NCBI RefSeq assembly: GCF_032444005.1
Contig: NC_091282.1
Span: 1,149,604,001-1,149,668,000, forward strand
DNA: 64,000 nt
Reading direction: 5' to 3'
Source of the DNA: Ranitomeya imitator
Taxonomy: Eukaryota
Below, piece by piece: positions 1 through 10,995 of this stretch (positions are counted from its first letter, which is position 1; every line of letters begins with the position of its first letter). Made by a program: the position numbers and the translations under genes. The notes under the pieces were generated by a model that was not told the origin of the DNA, searched no databases, and saw only the letters and a list, made by a program, of their open reading frames with translations.

Positions 1-25
1 CCATCCGGTTAAAGCTCAGTCTGCA

Positions 26-2710
26 ATGCCTGAAAAGGTATCCGATGCTAGAAAGAGTGCAGTCTGGCATTTTTTTAAACAACATCCAATTGATCAGCGC
101 AAAGTCATCTGTCAAAAATGTTCAACTACCTTAAGCAGAGGACAGAATCTGAAAAGTCTCAATACAAGTTGCATGCATAGACATTTAACCACCATGCATT
201 TGCAAGCCTGGACTAACTACCAAACGTCCCTTAAGGTTGTAGCACCCTCGGCCAATGAAGCTAGTCAGCAACGCAACATCCCTTCCGGCAGTGTAGGGCC
301 ACCATTTTCCGCACCACCTGCAGTATCTGTGAAGGTTTCTTTGCCAGACCAAAGCAGTCAGGGTCAGGGAATAACCAGTTTCGTAGTAGGAAACACTGCA
401 TCTAGGACACCGGCGGCAACAATACCATCTCCCACCATCTCTCAGTCTGCCATGTCCACCGGCACCCCCGCTAGTTCCACGATCTCCAGCTCTCCAGTCC
501 AGCTCACCCTACATGAGACTATGGTTAGAAAAAGGAAGTACTTAGCCTCGCATCCGCGTACACAGGGTTTGAACGCCCACATAGCTAGACTAATCTCGTT
601 AGAGATGATGCCCTACCGGTTAGTTGAAAGCAAAGCTTTCAAAGCCCTGATGGACTACGCTGTACCACGCTACGAGCTACCCAGTCGACACTTTTTTTCC
701 AGAAAAGCCATCCCAGCCCTCCACCAGCATGTTAAAGAGCGCATCGTCCATGCACTCAGGCAATCTGTGAGCACAAAGGTGCACCTGACAACAGATGCAT
801 GGACCAGTAGGCATGGCCAGGGACGTTACGTGTCCATCACGGCACACTGGGTAAATGTGGTGGATGCAGGGTCCACAGGGGACAGCAAGTTTGGGACAGT
901 TCTGCCTAGCCCACGGTCTAGGAAACAGTTGGCTGTAGCCGTTCGCACCCCCTCCTCCTCCTCTTCGTCCTCCTGCAGAAGCGAGAGCTCGTCCACAGAC
1001 CGCAGTCGCACAACCACTCCATCCGCAGCTGCCACTGTTGCACACCAGGTCTCCCATTATGGGGCAGCTACTGGCAAACGTCAGCAGGCTGTATTGGCTA
1101 TGAAGTGTTTGGGCGACAACAGACACACCGCGGAAGTTCTGTCCGAGTTCTTGCAGAAAGAAACGCAGTCGTGGCTGGGCACTGTAGATCTTGAGGCAGG
1201 CAAGGTAGTGAGTGATAACGGAAGGAATTTCATGGCTGCCATCTCCCATTCCCAACTGAAACACATTCCTTGCCTGGCTCACACCTTAAACCTGGTGGTG
1301 CAGTGCTTCCTGAAAAGTTATCCGGGGTTATCCGACCTGCTCCTCAAAGTGCGTGGACTTTGCTCACATATCCGCCGTTCGCCCGTACACTCCAGCCGTA
1401 TGCAGACCTATCAGCGTTCTTTGAACCTTCCCCAGCATCGCCTAATCATAGACGTTGCAACAAGGTGGAACTCAACACTGCACATGCTTCAGAGACTGTG
1501 CGAACAGAGGCGGGCTGTTATGTTTTTGTGGGAGGATACACATACACGGGCAGGCAGTAGGATGGCAGACATGGAGTTGTCAGGTGTGCAGTGGTCGAAG
1601 ATTCAAGACATGTGTCAAGTCCTTCAGTGTTTTGAGGAATGCACACGGCTGGTTAGTGCAGACAACGCCATAATAAGCATGAGCATCCCCCTAATGCGTC
1701 TGCTGATGCAAAGTTTGACGCACATAAAGGATCAGGCGTCTGCAGCTGAGGAAGAGGAAAGCCTTGATGACAGTCAGCCATTGTCTGGCCAGGGCAGTGT
1801 ACAGGACGAGTTAGCGGGCGAAGAGGAGGAGGAGGACGAGGAGGATGATGGGGATGATTATATTTGTAATGAGGAAGCTTTTCCGGGGCCACTGGAAATT
1901 GGTGGCGCGGCAAGGCCGGGTTCTGGTTTTTGGAGGGACACAAGTGACGTGGATTTGCCTGAAACTGCCCCTCAACCAAGCACAACCGGAGATTTGAGAA
2001 CTGGAACTTTGGCCCACATGGCGGATTATGCCTTACGTATCCTCAAAAGGGACACACGCATAACTAAAATGATGAACGATGACGATTACTGGTTGGCCTG
2101 CCTCCTTGATCCTCGCTATAAAGGCAAATTGCAAAATATAATGCCACATGAGAACTTGGAACTAATATTAGCAACCAAACAATCAACTCTTATTGACCGT
2201 TTGCTTCTGGCATTCCCTGCACACAGCGCCCGTGATCGTTCTCACACGAGCTGCAGGGGCCAGCAGACCAGAGGAGTTAGAGGGGCAGAAATCAGAAGTG
2301 GCGTTGGCCAGAGGGGTTTTCTGACCAGGTTGTGGAGTGATTTTGCTATGACCGCAGACAGGACAGGTACTGCAGCATCAATTCAAAGTGACAGGAGACA
2401 ACATTTGTCCAGTATGGTTACAAACTATTTTTCATCCCTTATCGATGTTCTCCCTCAACCGTCATTCCCATTTGATTACTGGGCATCAAAATTAGACACC
2501 TGGCCAGAATTGGCAGAATATGCATTGCAGGAGCTTGCTTGCCCGGCAGCTAGTGTCCTATCAGAAAGAGTATTCAGTGCTGCAGGTTCAATACTAACAG
2601 AAAAAAGGACTCGTCTGGCTACCCAAAATGTAGATGATCTAACCTTCATTAAAATGAACCACAACTGGATTTCGAAATCTTTTGCCCCACCTTGCCCGGC
2701 TGACACCTAG
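26..2710 (+). CDS. hAT transposase (BED zinc finger, DDE core, C-terminal dimerisation domain); frame is open from the window edge, so probably 5'-incomplete
   Basis: 894-aa ORF with BED motif SAVWHFF..VICQKC..HRHLTTMH, catalytic TTDAWTS / VSDNG / LSERVFS, CxxH motif (CLAH), RWNST and LDPRYK. The bases upstream of ATG 26 read HPVKAQSA, matching HLVKVAQHA in the longer N-terminus of the minus-strand homolog. Confidence 0.95.
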   Translation: MPEKVSDARKSAVWHFFKQHPIDQRKVICQKCSTTLSRGQNLKSLNTSCMHRHLTTMHLQAWTNYQTSLKVVAPSANEASQQRNIPSGSVGPPFSAPPAVSVKVSLPDQSSQGQGITSFVVGNTASRTPAATIPSPTISQSAMSTGTPASSTISSSPVQLTLHETMVRKRKYLASHPRTQGLNAHIARLISLEMMPYRLVESKAFKALMDYAVPRYELPSRHFFSRKAIPALHQHVKERIVHALRQSVSTKVHLTTDAWTSRHGQGRYVSITAHWVNVVDAGSTGDSKFGTVLPSPRSRKQLAVAVRTPSSSSSSSCRSESSSTDRSRTTTPSAAATVAHQVSHYGAATGKRQQAVLAMKCLGDNRHTAEVLSEFLQKETQSWLGTVDLEAGKVVSDNGRNFMAAISHSQLKHIPCLAHTLNLVVQCFLKSYPGLSDLLLKVRGLCSHIRRSPVHSSRMQTYQRSLNLPQHRLIIDVATRWNSTLHMLQRLCEQRRAVMFLWEDTHTRAGSRMADMELSGVQWSKIQDMCQVLQCFEECTRLVSADNAIISMSIPLMRLLMQSLTHIKDQASAAEEEESLDDSQPLSGQGSVQDELAGEEEEEDEEDDGDDYICNEEAFPGPLEIGGAARPGSGFWRDTSDVDLPETAPQPSTTGDLRTGTLAHMADYALRILKRDTRITKMMNDDDYWLACLLDPRYKGKLQNIMPHENLELILATKQSTLIDRLLLAFPAHSARDRSHTSCRGQQTRGVRGAEIRSGVGQRGFLTRLWSDFAMTADRTGTAASIQSDRRQHLSSMVTNYFSSLIDVLPQPSFPFDYWASKLDTWPELAEYALQELACPAASVLSERVFSAAGSILTEKRTRLATQNVDDLTFIKMNHNWISKSFAPPCPADT

Positions 2711-3170
2711 CTTTCCTATGTAAAGGTCTTGCCTGTGGACTATTCTGAACGACTTTTCCAATCTCGTAATTTGCAGCACCTGATTGTCCAGCATCCGACA
2801 TGTTAACACCTCCCTAAATGGCCAAAGTCCCCACACGGGGCCGTGGTATCGCCACTTGGCGCCAGCACCCGTGAGAGTACTGTTTGTCTGAAGAGGTGGG
2901 TGTGCCCGCTTTTGGTCGACGGCACTGCCACTAGGTCCCTCATAGTACAATAAAGTGTCTGGCGGTGGTGGTGCGCACCCAACGTCAGACACACCGTTGT
3001 AATATGAGGGGCCCTGGGCCTGTACCGCCGGCCACAAGATAGTCCCCCCCCAGGTCAAACAGTGCTCTACGACTTGCAAAATTTTCTCTCACAGCTCCAC
3101 CAATGTTTAGTCTATGCGCTGACATCCTTCAATGCCTGGCACTGTCAATACCATTGTATTGACATTTTTC

Positions 3171-3930
3171 TTATGTTAGGCCTTCGAAGCCTGTCTGCGG
3201 TCCCTCCTTCCACTAGGCCTCCACTGACCTGTCTACTGCTGCCCGTGTTCCCCTGGAACCAATTTTAAATTGCCTACAGCCAGCCCAATTTATTATGTTA
3301 GGGCTTCGAAGCCTGTCTGCGGTCCCTCCTTCCACTAGGCCTCCACTGACCTGTCTACTGCCGCCCGTGTTCCCCTGGAACCAATTTTAAATTGCCTACA
3401 GCCAGCCCAATTTATTATGTTAGGGCTTCGAAGCCTGTCTGCGGTCCCTCCTTCCACTAGGCCTCCACTGACCTGTCTACTGCTGCCCGTGTTCCCCTGG
3501 AACCAATTTTAAATTGCCTACAGCCAGCCCAATTTATTATGTTAGGGCTTCGAAGCCTGTCTGCGGTCCCTCCTTCCACTAGGCCTCCACTGACCTGCCT
3601 ACTGCTGCCCGTGTTCCCCTGGAACCAATTTTAAATTGCCTACAGCCAGCCCAATTTATTATGTTAGGGCTTCGAAGCCTGTCTGCGGTCCCTCCTTCCA
3701 CTAGGCCTCCACTGACCTGTCTACTGCTGCCCGTGTTCCCCTGGAACCAATTTTAAATTGCCTACAGCCAGCCCAATTTATGATGTTAGGGCTTCGAAGC
3801 CTGTCTGCGGTCCCTCCTTCCACTAGGCCTCCACTGACCTGTCTACTGCTGCCCGTGTTCCCCTGGAACCAATTTTAAATTGCCTACAGCCAGCCCAATT
3901 TATTATGTTAGGGCTTCCAAGCCTGTCTGC
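3171..3930. repeat. 122-bp tandem array inside the hAT, ~6.2 units
   Basis: Unit GTTAGGGCTTCGAAGCCTGTCTGCGGTCCC...CCCAATTTATTAT counted as 122 bp. Near-identical copies with no spacers. Confidence 0.97.
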
Positions 3931-4045
3931 AATGTGGTTTTGACTTACTCTATTTTTTTGGTAAATAATGATTTTATTATTTTCATTGTTTTGCATCTTC
4001 TTGGCAATAATATAAAGAAGACGCGACAGGACAACACTCGGTGGA
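3931..4045 (-). other. 115-bp inverted templated insertion at the duplication junction
   Basis: Reverse complement of 10164-10278. TGC microhomology at the left join. Confidence 0.93.
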
Positions 4046-4046
4046 G

Positions 4047-6726
4047 TGAAAAGGTATCCGATGCTAGAAAGAGTGCAGTCTGGCATTTTTTTAAACAACA
4101 TCCAATTGATCAGCGCAAAGTCATCTGTCAAAAATGTTCAACTACCTTAAGCAGAGGACAGAATCTGAAAAGTCTCAATACAAGTTGCATGCATAGACAT
4201 TTAACCACCATGCATTTGCAAGCCTGGACTAACTACCAAACGTCCCTAAAGGTTGTAGCACCCTCGGCCAATGAAGCTAGTCAGCAACGCAACATCCCTT
4301 CCGGCAGTGTAGGGCCACCATTTTCCGCACCACCTGCAGTATCTGTGAAGGTTTCTTTGCCAGACCAAAGCAGTCAGGGTCAGGGAATAACCAGTTTCGT
4401 AGCAGGAAACACTGCATCTAGGACACCGGCGGCAACAATACCATCTCCCACCATCTCTCAGTCTGCCATGTCCACCGGCACCCCCGCTAGTTCCACGATC
4501 TCCAGCTCTCCAGTCCAGCTCACCCTACATGAGACTATGGTTAGAAAAAGGAAGTACTTAGCCTCGCATCCGCGTACACAGGGTTTGAACGCCCACATAG
4601 CTAGACTAATCTCGTTAGAGATGATGCCCTACCGGTTAGTTGAAAGCAAAGCTTTCAAAGCCCTGATGGACTACGCTGTACCACGCTACGAGCTACCCAG
4701 TCGACACTTTTTTTCCAGAAAAGCCATCCCAGCCCTCCACCAGCATGTTAAAGAGCGCATCGTCCATGCACTCAGGCAATCTGTGAGCACAAAGGTGCAC
4801 CTGACAACAGATGCATGGACCAGTAGGCATGGCCAGGGACGTTACGTGTCCATCACGGCACACTGGGTAAATGTGGTGGATGCAGGGTCCACAGGGGACA
4901 GCAAGTTTGGGACAGTTCTGCCTAGCCCACGGTCTAGGAAACAGTTGGCTGTAGCCGTTCGCACCCCCTCCTCCTCCTCTTCGTCCTCCTGCAGAAGCGA
5001 GAGCTCGTCCACAGACCGCAGTCGCACAACCACTCCATCCGCAGCTGCCACTGTTGCACACCAGGTCTCCCATTATGGGGCAGCTACTGGCAAACGTCAG
5101 CAGGCTGTATTGGCTATGAAGTGTTTGGGCGACAACAGACACACCGCGGAAGTTCTGTCCGAGTTCTTGCAGAAAGAAACGCAGTCGTGGCTGGGCACTG
5201 TAGATCTTGAGGCAGGCAAGGTAGTGAGTGATAACGGAAGGAATTTCATGGCTGCCATCTCCCATTCCCAACTGAAACACATTCCTTGCCTGGCTCACAC
5301 CTTAAACCTGGTGGTGCAGTGCTTCCTGAAAAGTTATCCGGGGTTATCCGACCTGCTCCTCAAAGTGCGTGGACTTTGCTCACATATCCGCCGTTCGCCC
5401 GTACACTCCAGCCGTATGCAGACCTATCAGCGTTCTTTGAACCTTCCCCAGCATCGCCTAATCATAGACGTTGCAACAAGGTGGAACTCAACACTGCACA
5501 TGCTTCAGAGACTGTGCGAACAGAGGCGGGCTGTTATGTTTTTGTGGGAGGATACACATACACGGGCAGGCAGTAGGATGGCAGACATGGAGTTGTCAGG
5601 TGTGCAGTGGTCGAAGATTCAAGACATGTGTCAAGTCCTTCAGTGTTTTGAGGAATGCACACGGCTGGTTAGTGCAGACAACGCCATAATAAGCATGAGC
5701 ATCCCCCTAATGCGTCTGCTGATGCAAAGTTTGACGCACATAAAGGATCAGGCGTCTGCAGCTGAGGAAGAGGAAAGCCTTGATGACAGTCAGCCATTGT
5801 CTGGCCAGGGCAGTGTACAGGACGAGTTAGCGGGCGAAGAGGAGGAGGAGGACGAGGAGGATGATGGGGATGATTATATTTGTAATGAGGAAGCTTTTCC
5901 GGGGCCACTGGAAATTGGTGGCGCGGCAAGGCCGGGTTCTGGTTTTTGGAGGGACACAAGTGACGTGGATTTGCCTGAAACTGCCCCTCAACCAAGCACA
6001 ACCGGAGATTTGAGAACTGGAACTTTGGCCCACATGGCGGATTATGCCTTACGTATCCTCAAAAGGGACACACGCATAACTAAAATGATGAACGATGACG
6101 ATTACTGGTTGGCCTGCCTCCTTGATCCTCGCTATAAAGGCAAATTGCAAAATATAATGCCACATGAGAACTTGGAACTAATATTAGCAACCAAACAATC
6201 AACTCTTATTGACCGTTTGCTTCTGGCATTCCCTGCACACAGCGCCCGTGATCGTTCTCACACGAGCTGCAGGGGCCAGCAGACCAGAGGAGTTAGAGGG
6301 GCAGAAATCAGAAGTGGCGTTGGCCAGAGGGGTTTTCTGACCAGGTTGTGGAGTGATTTTGCTATGACCGCAGACAGGACAGGTACTGCAGCATCAATTC
6401 AAAGTGACAGGAGACAACATTTGTCCAGTATGGTTACAAACTATTTTTCATCCCTTATCGATGTTCTCCCTCAACCGTCATTCCCATTTGATTACTGGGC
6501 ATCAAAATTAGACACCTGGCCAGAATTGGCAGAATATGCATTGCAGGAGCTTGCTTGCCCGGCAGCTAGTGTCCTATCAGAAAGAGTATTCAGTGCTGCA
6601 GGTTCAATACTAACAGAAAAAAGGACTCGTCTGGCTACCCAAAATGTAGATGATCTAACCTTCATTAAAATGAACCACAACTGGATTTCGAAATCTTTTG
6701 CCCCACCTTGCCCGGCTGACACCTAG
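4047..6726 (+). CDS. Second, near-identical hAT transposase copy (tandem duplication of 31-3930, offset 4016 bp), lacking the native N-terminus
   Basis: Protein matches 26-2710 except V>A. I noticed only two nucleotide differences in the CDS by eye. The track ORF 3880-6726 starts at a TTG within the repeat; the first in-frame ATG lies inside the BED finger. Confidence 0.9.
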
Positions 6727-7186
6727 CTTTCCTATGTAAAGGTCTTGCCTGTGGACTATTCTGAACGACTTTTCCAATCTCGTAATTTGCAGCACCTGAT
6801 TGTCCAGCATCCGACATGTTAACACCTCCCTAAATGGCCAAAGTCCCCACACGGGGCCGTGGTATCGCCACTTGGCGCCAGCACCCGTGAGAGTACTGTT
6901 TGTCTGAAGAGGTGGGTGTGCCCGCTTTTGGTCGACGGCACTGCCACTAGGTCCCTCATAGTACAATAAAGTGTCTGGCGGTGGTGGTGCGCACCCAACG
7001 TCAGACACACCGTTGTAATATGAGGGGCCCTGGGCCTGTACCGCCGGCCACAAGATAGTCCCCCCCCAGGTCAAACAGTGCTCTACGACTTGCAAAATTT
7101 TCTCTCACAGCTCCACCAATGTTTAGTCTATGCGCTGACATCCTTCAATGCCTGGCACTGTCAATACCATTGTATTGACATTTTTC

Positions 7187-9960
7187 TTATGTTAGGCCTT
7201 CGAAGCCTGTCTGCGGTCCCTCCTTCCACTAGGCCTCCACTGACCTGTCTACTGCTGCCCGTGTTCCCCTGGAACCAATTTTAAATTGCCTACAGCCAGC
7301 CCAATTTATTATGTTAGGGCTTCGAAGCCTGTCTGCGGTCCCTCCTTCCACTAGGCCTCCACTGACCTGTCTACTGCCGCCCGTGTTCCCCTGGAACCAA
7401 TTTTAAATTGCCTACAGCCAGCCCAATTTATTATGTTAGGGCTTCGAAGCCTGTCTGCGGTCCCTCCTTCCACTAGGCCTCCACTGACCTGTCTACTGCT
7501 GCCCGTGTTCCCCTGGAACCAATTTTAAATTGCCTACAGCCAGCCCAATTTATTATGTTAGGGCTTCGAAGCCTGTCTGCGGTCCCTCCTTCCACTAGGC
7601 CTCCACTGACCTGCCTACTGCTGCCCGTGTTCCCCTGGAACCAATTTTAAATTGCCTACAGCCAGCCCAATTTATTATGTTAGGGCTTCGAAGCCTGTCT
7701 GCGGTCCCTCCTTCCACTAGGCCTCCACTGACCTGTCTACTGCTGCCCGTGTTCCCCTGGAACCAATTTTAAATTGCCTACAGCCAGCCCAATTTATTAT
7801 GTTAGGGCTTCGAAGCCTGTCTGCGGTCCCTCCTTCCACTAGGCCTCCACTGACCTGTCTACTGCTGCCCGTGTTCCCCTGGAACCAATTTTAAATTGCC
7901 TACAGCCAGCCCAATTTATTATGTTAGGGCTTCCAAGCCTGTCTGCGGTCCCTCCTTCCACTAGGCCTCCACTGACCTGTCTACTGCTGCACGTGTTCCC
8001 CTGGAACCAATTTTAAATTGCCTACAGCCAGCCCAATTTATTATGTTAGGGCTTCGAAGCCTGTCTGCGGTCCCTCCTTCCACTAGGCCTCCACTGACCT
8101 GTCTACTGCTGCCCGTGTTCCCCTGGAACCAATTTTAAATTGCCTACAGCCAGCCCAATTTATTATGTTAGGGCTTCCAAGCCTGTCTGCGGTCCCTCCT
8201 TCCACTAGGCCTCCACTGACCTGTCTACTGCTGCACGTGTTCCCCTGGAACCAATTTTAAATTGCCTACAGCCAGCCCAATTTATTATGTTAGGGCTTCG
8301 AAGCCTGTCTGCGGTCCCTCCTTCCACTAGGCCTCCACTGACCTGTCTACTGCTGCTCGTGTTCCCCTGGAACCAATTTTAAATTGCCTACAGCCAGCCC
8401 AATTTATTATGTTAGGGCTTCCAAGCCTGTCTGCGGTCCCTCCTTCCACTAGGCCTCCACTGACCTGTCTACTGCTGCACGTGTTCCCCTGGAACCAATT
8501 TTAAATTGCCTACAGCCAGCCCAATTTATTATGTTAGGGCTTCGAAGCCTGTCTGCGGTCCCTCCTTCCACTAGGCCTCCACTGACCTGTCTACTGCTGC
8601 CCGTGTTCCCCTGGAACCAATTTTAAATTGCCTACAGCCAGCCCAATTTATTATGTTAGGGCTTCGAAGCATGTCTGCGGTCCCTCCTTCCACTAGGCCT
8701 CCACTGACCTGTCTACTGCTGCCCGTGTTCCCCTGGAACCAATTTTAAATTGCCTACAGCCAGCCCAATTTATTATGTTAGGGCTTCGAAGCCTGTCTGC
8801 GGTCCCTCCTTCCACTAGGCCTCCACTGACCTGTCTACTGCTGCCCGTGTTCCCCTGGAACCAATTTTAAATTGCCTACAGCCAGCCCAATTTATTATGT
8901 TAGGGCTTCGAAGCCTGTCTGCGGTCCCTCCTTCCACTAGGCCTCCACTGACCTGTCTACTGCTGCCCGTGTTCCCCTGGAACCAATTTTAAATTGCCTA
9001 CAGCCAGCCCAATTTATTATGTTAGGGCTTCGAAGCCTGTCTGCGGTGCCTCCTTCCACTGGGCCTCCACTGACCTGTCTACTGCTGCCCGTGTTCCCCT
9101 GGAACCAATTTTAAATTGCCTACAGCCAGCCCAATTTATTATGTTAGGGCTTCGAAGCCTGTCTGCGGTCCCTCCTTCCACTAGGCCTCCACTGACCTGT
9201 CTACTGCTGCCCGTGTTCCCCTGGAACCAATTTTAAATTGCCTACAGCCAGCCCAATTTATTATGTTAGGGCTTCCAAGCCTGTCTGCGGTCCCTCCTTC
9301 CACTAGGCCTCCACTGACCTGTCTACTGCTGCCCGTGTTCCCCTGGAACCAATTTTAAATTGCCTACAGCCAGCCCAATTTATTATGTTAGGGCTTCGAT
9401 GCCTGTCTGCGGTGCCTCCTTCCACTAGGCCTCCACTGACCTGTCTACTGCTGCCCGTGTTCCCCTGGAACCAATTTTAAATTGCCTACAGCCAGCCCAA
9501 TTTATTATGTTAGGGCTTCGAAGCCTGTCTGCGGTCCCTCCTTCCACTAGGCCTCCACTGACCTGTCTACTGCTGCCCGTGTTCCCCTGGAACCAATTTT
9601 AAATTGCCTACAGCCAGCCCAATTTATTATGTTAGGACTTCGAAGCCTGTCTGCGGTCGCTCCTTCCACTAGGCCTCCACTGACCTGTCTACTGCTGCCC
9701 GTGTTCCCCTGGAACCAATTTTAAATTGCCTACAGCCAGCCCAATTTATTATGTTAGGGCTTCCAAGCCTGTCTGCGGTCCCTCCTTCCACTAGGCCTCC
9801 ACTGACCTGTCTACTGCTGCCCGTGTTCCCCTGGAACCAATTTTAAATTGCCTACAGCCAGCCCAATTTATTATGTTAGGCCTTCAAAGCCTGTCTGCGG
9901 TCCCTCCTTCCACTAGGCCTCCACTGACCTGTCTACTGCTGCCCGTGTACCCCTTGAACC
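7187..9960. repeat. 122-bp tandem array, ~22.7 units
   Basis: Same unit as 3171-3930. The first units share diagnostic variants with the first array (GCCGCC in unit 2, CTGCCTACT in unit 4). Confidence 0.97.
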
Positions 9961-10301
9961 AACATCAGAAAATATAAAAATAAGTATTTTGCTTATAAAA
10001 AAGAAAATACTGGAGAGATATCAAATGCAGACATTTTAACATTAAAAACAAACACATACAACAAAAATCTGGTACAGTACTAAAAATGGCCACCAGCTAC
10101 AATAACTTTCTCCTGCAAGTAGTTAACTGAAAGTTTTTTTCAATTTAAAACACAGATATGGCATCCACCGAGTGTTGTCCTGTCGCGTCTTCTTTATATT
10201 ATTGCCAAGAAGATGCAAAACAATGAAAATAATAAAATCATTATTTACCAAAAAAATAGAGTAAGTCAAAACCACATTGCAAATAAACATTCATTACAAA
10301 T

Positions 10302-10378
10302 AAAGAAGCAGGGCGCGTCCGAGGGTGAGTATATACCTAATAAGAATATAATCACCCTCGGACGCGCCCTGCTTCTTT
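10302..10378. other. GC-rich hairpin with 27-bp perfect arms
   Basis: AAAGAAGCAGGGCGCGTCCGAGGGTGA (10302-10328) and its reverse complement (10352-10378), with a 23-nt AT-rich loop. Confidence 0.9.
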
Positions 10379-10414
10379 CCGACAGCCTTCCTTCCTAAGA
10401 ATCAGCCCTTCCGT

Positions 10415-10995
10415 GGTGTAGAGAGAGGGTTTGTTACACTCCAAGGTGTTCCCCAGGTTGCCTTTCCTGAGCTTCGATCTTCATGCTCTCGTTTAGTAGT
10501 TGTCGGAAAGTAGGCTGCATTAGGCCTACAAATTGGGTAAGGGGTGGAGAGAGATGGTGTGTTACACTCCAAGGTGTTCCCCAGGTTTCCTTGCCATTGC
10601 TTCGGTCTTCCGACTCTCGTTTAGTAGTTGTAGAAAACTACACTGCATTAGGCCTACAAAATGGGTATCGGGTGGAGAGAGATGGTGTGTTACACTCCAA
10701 GGTGTTCTCCAGGTTGCCTTTCCTGAGCTTCGATCTTCCGGCTCTCGTTTAGTAGTTGTTGGAAACTACACTGCATTAGGCCTACAAATTGGGTATGGGG
10801 TGTAGAGAGATGGTGTGTTCCACTCCAAGGTGTTCTCCAGGTTGCCTTTCCTGAGCTTCGATCTTCCGGCTCTCGTTTAGTAGTTCTTGGAAACTACACT
10901 GCATTAGGCCTACAAATTGGGTATGGGGTGTAGAGAGATGGTGTGTTCCACTCCAAGGTGTTCTCTAGGTTGCCTTTCCTGAACTTCTATCTTCA
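10415..10995. repeat. 128-bp tandem array, ~4.5 units
   Basis: TT(A/C)CACTCCAAGGTG recurs at 10434, 10562, 10690, 10818 and 10946. Confidence 0.92.

Noticed and set aside
3880-4046. Genuine 54-aa N-terminal extension of the second transposase
   Set aside because: It starts at a TTG in the repeat and runs through the inverted junction insert with no ATG. It is best explained as a by-product of the rearrangement.
677-6001. Short antisense and alternative-frame ORFs over the transposase copies
   Set aside because: They are shadow ORFs of a long coding region with no recognisable motifs.
26-6726. Domesticated host ZBED-family gene
   Set aside because: The ORF lies inside an element with a recognisable TIR and a related TSD-flanked copy nearby, so it is a transposon rather than ZBED1/4/6.
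3171-9960. CRISPR-like regular repeats
   Set aside because: The 122-bp units are head-to-tail with no unique spacers or cas genes, and the DNA is eukaryotic. This is a minisatellite.
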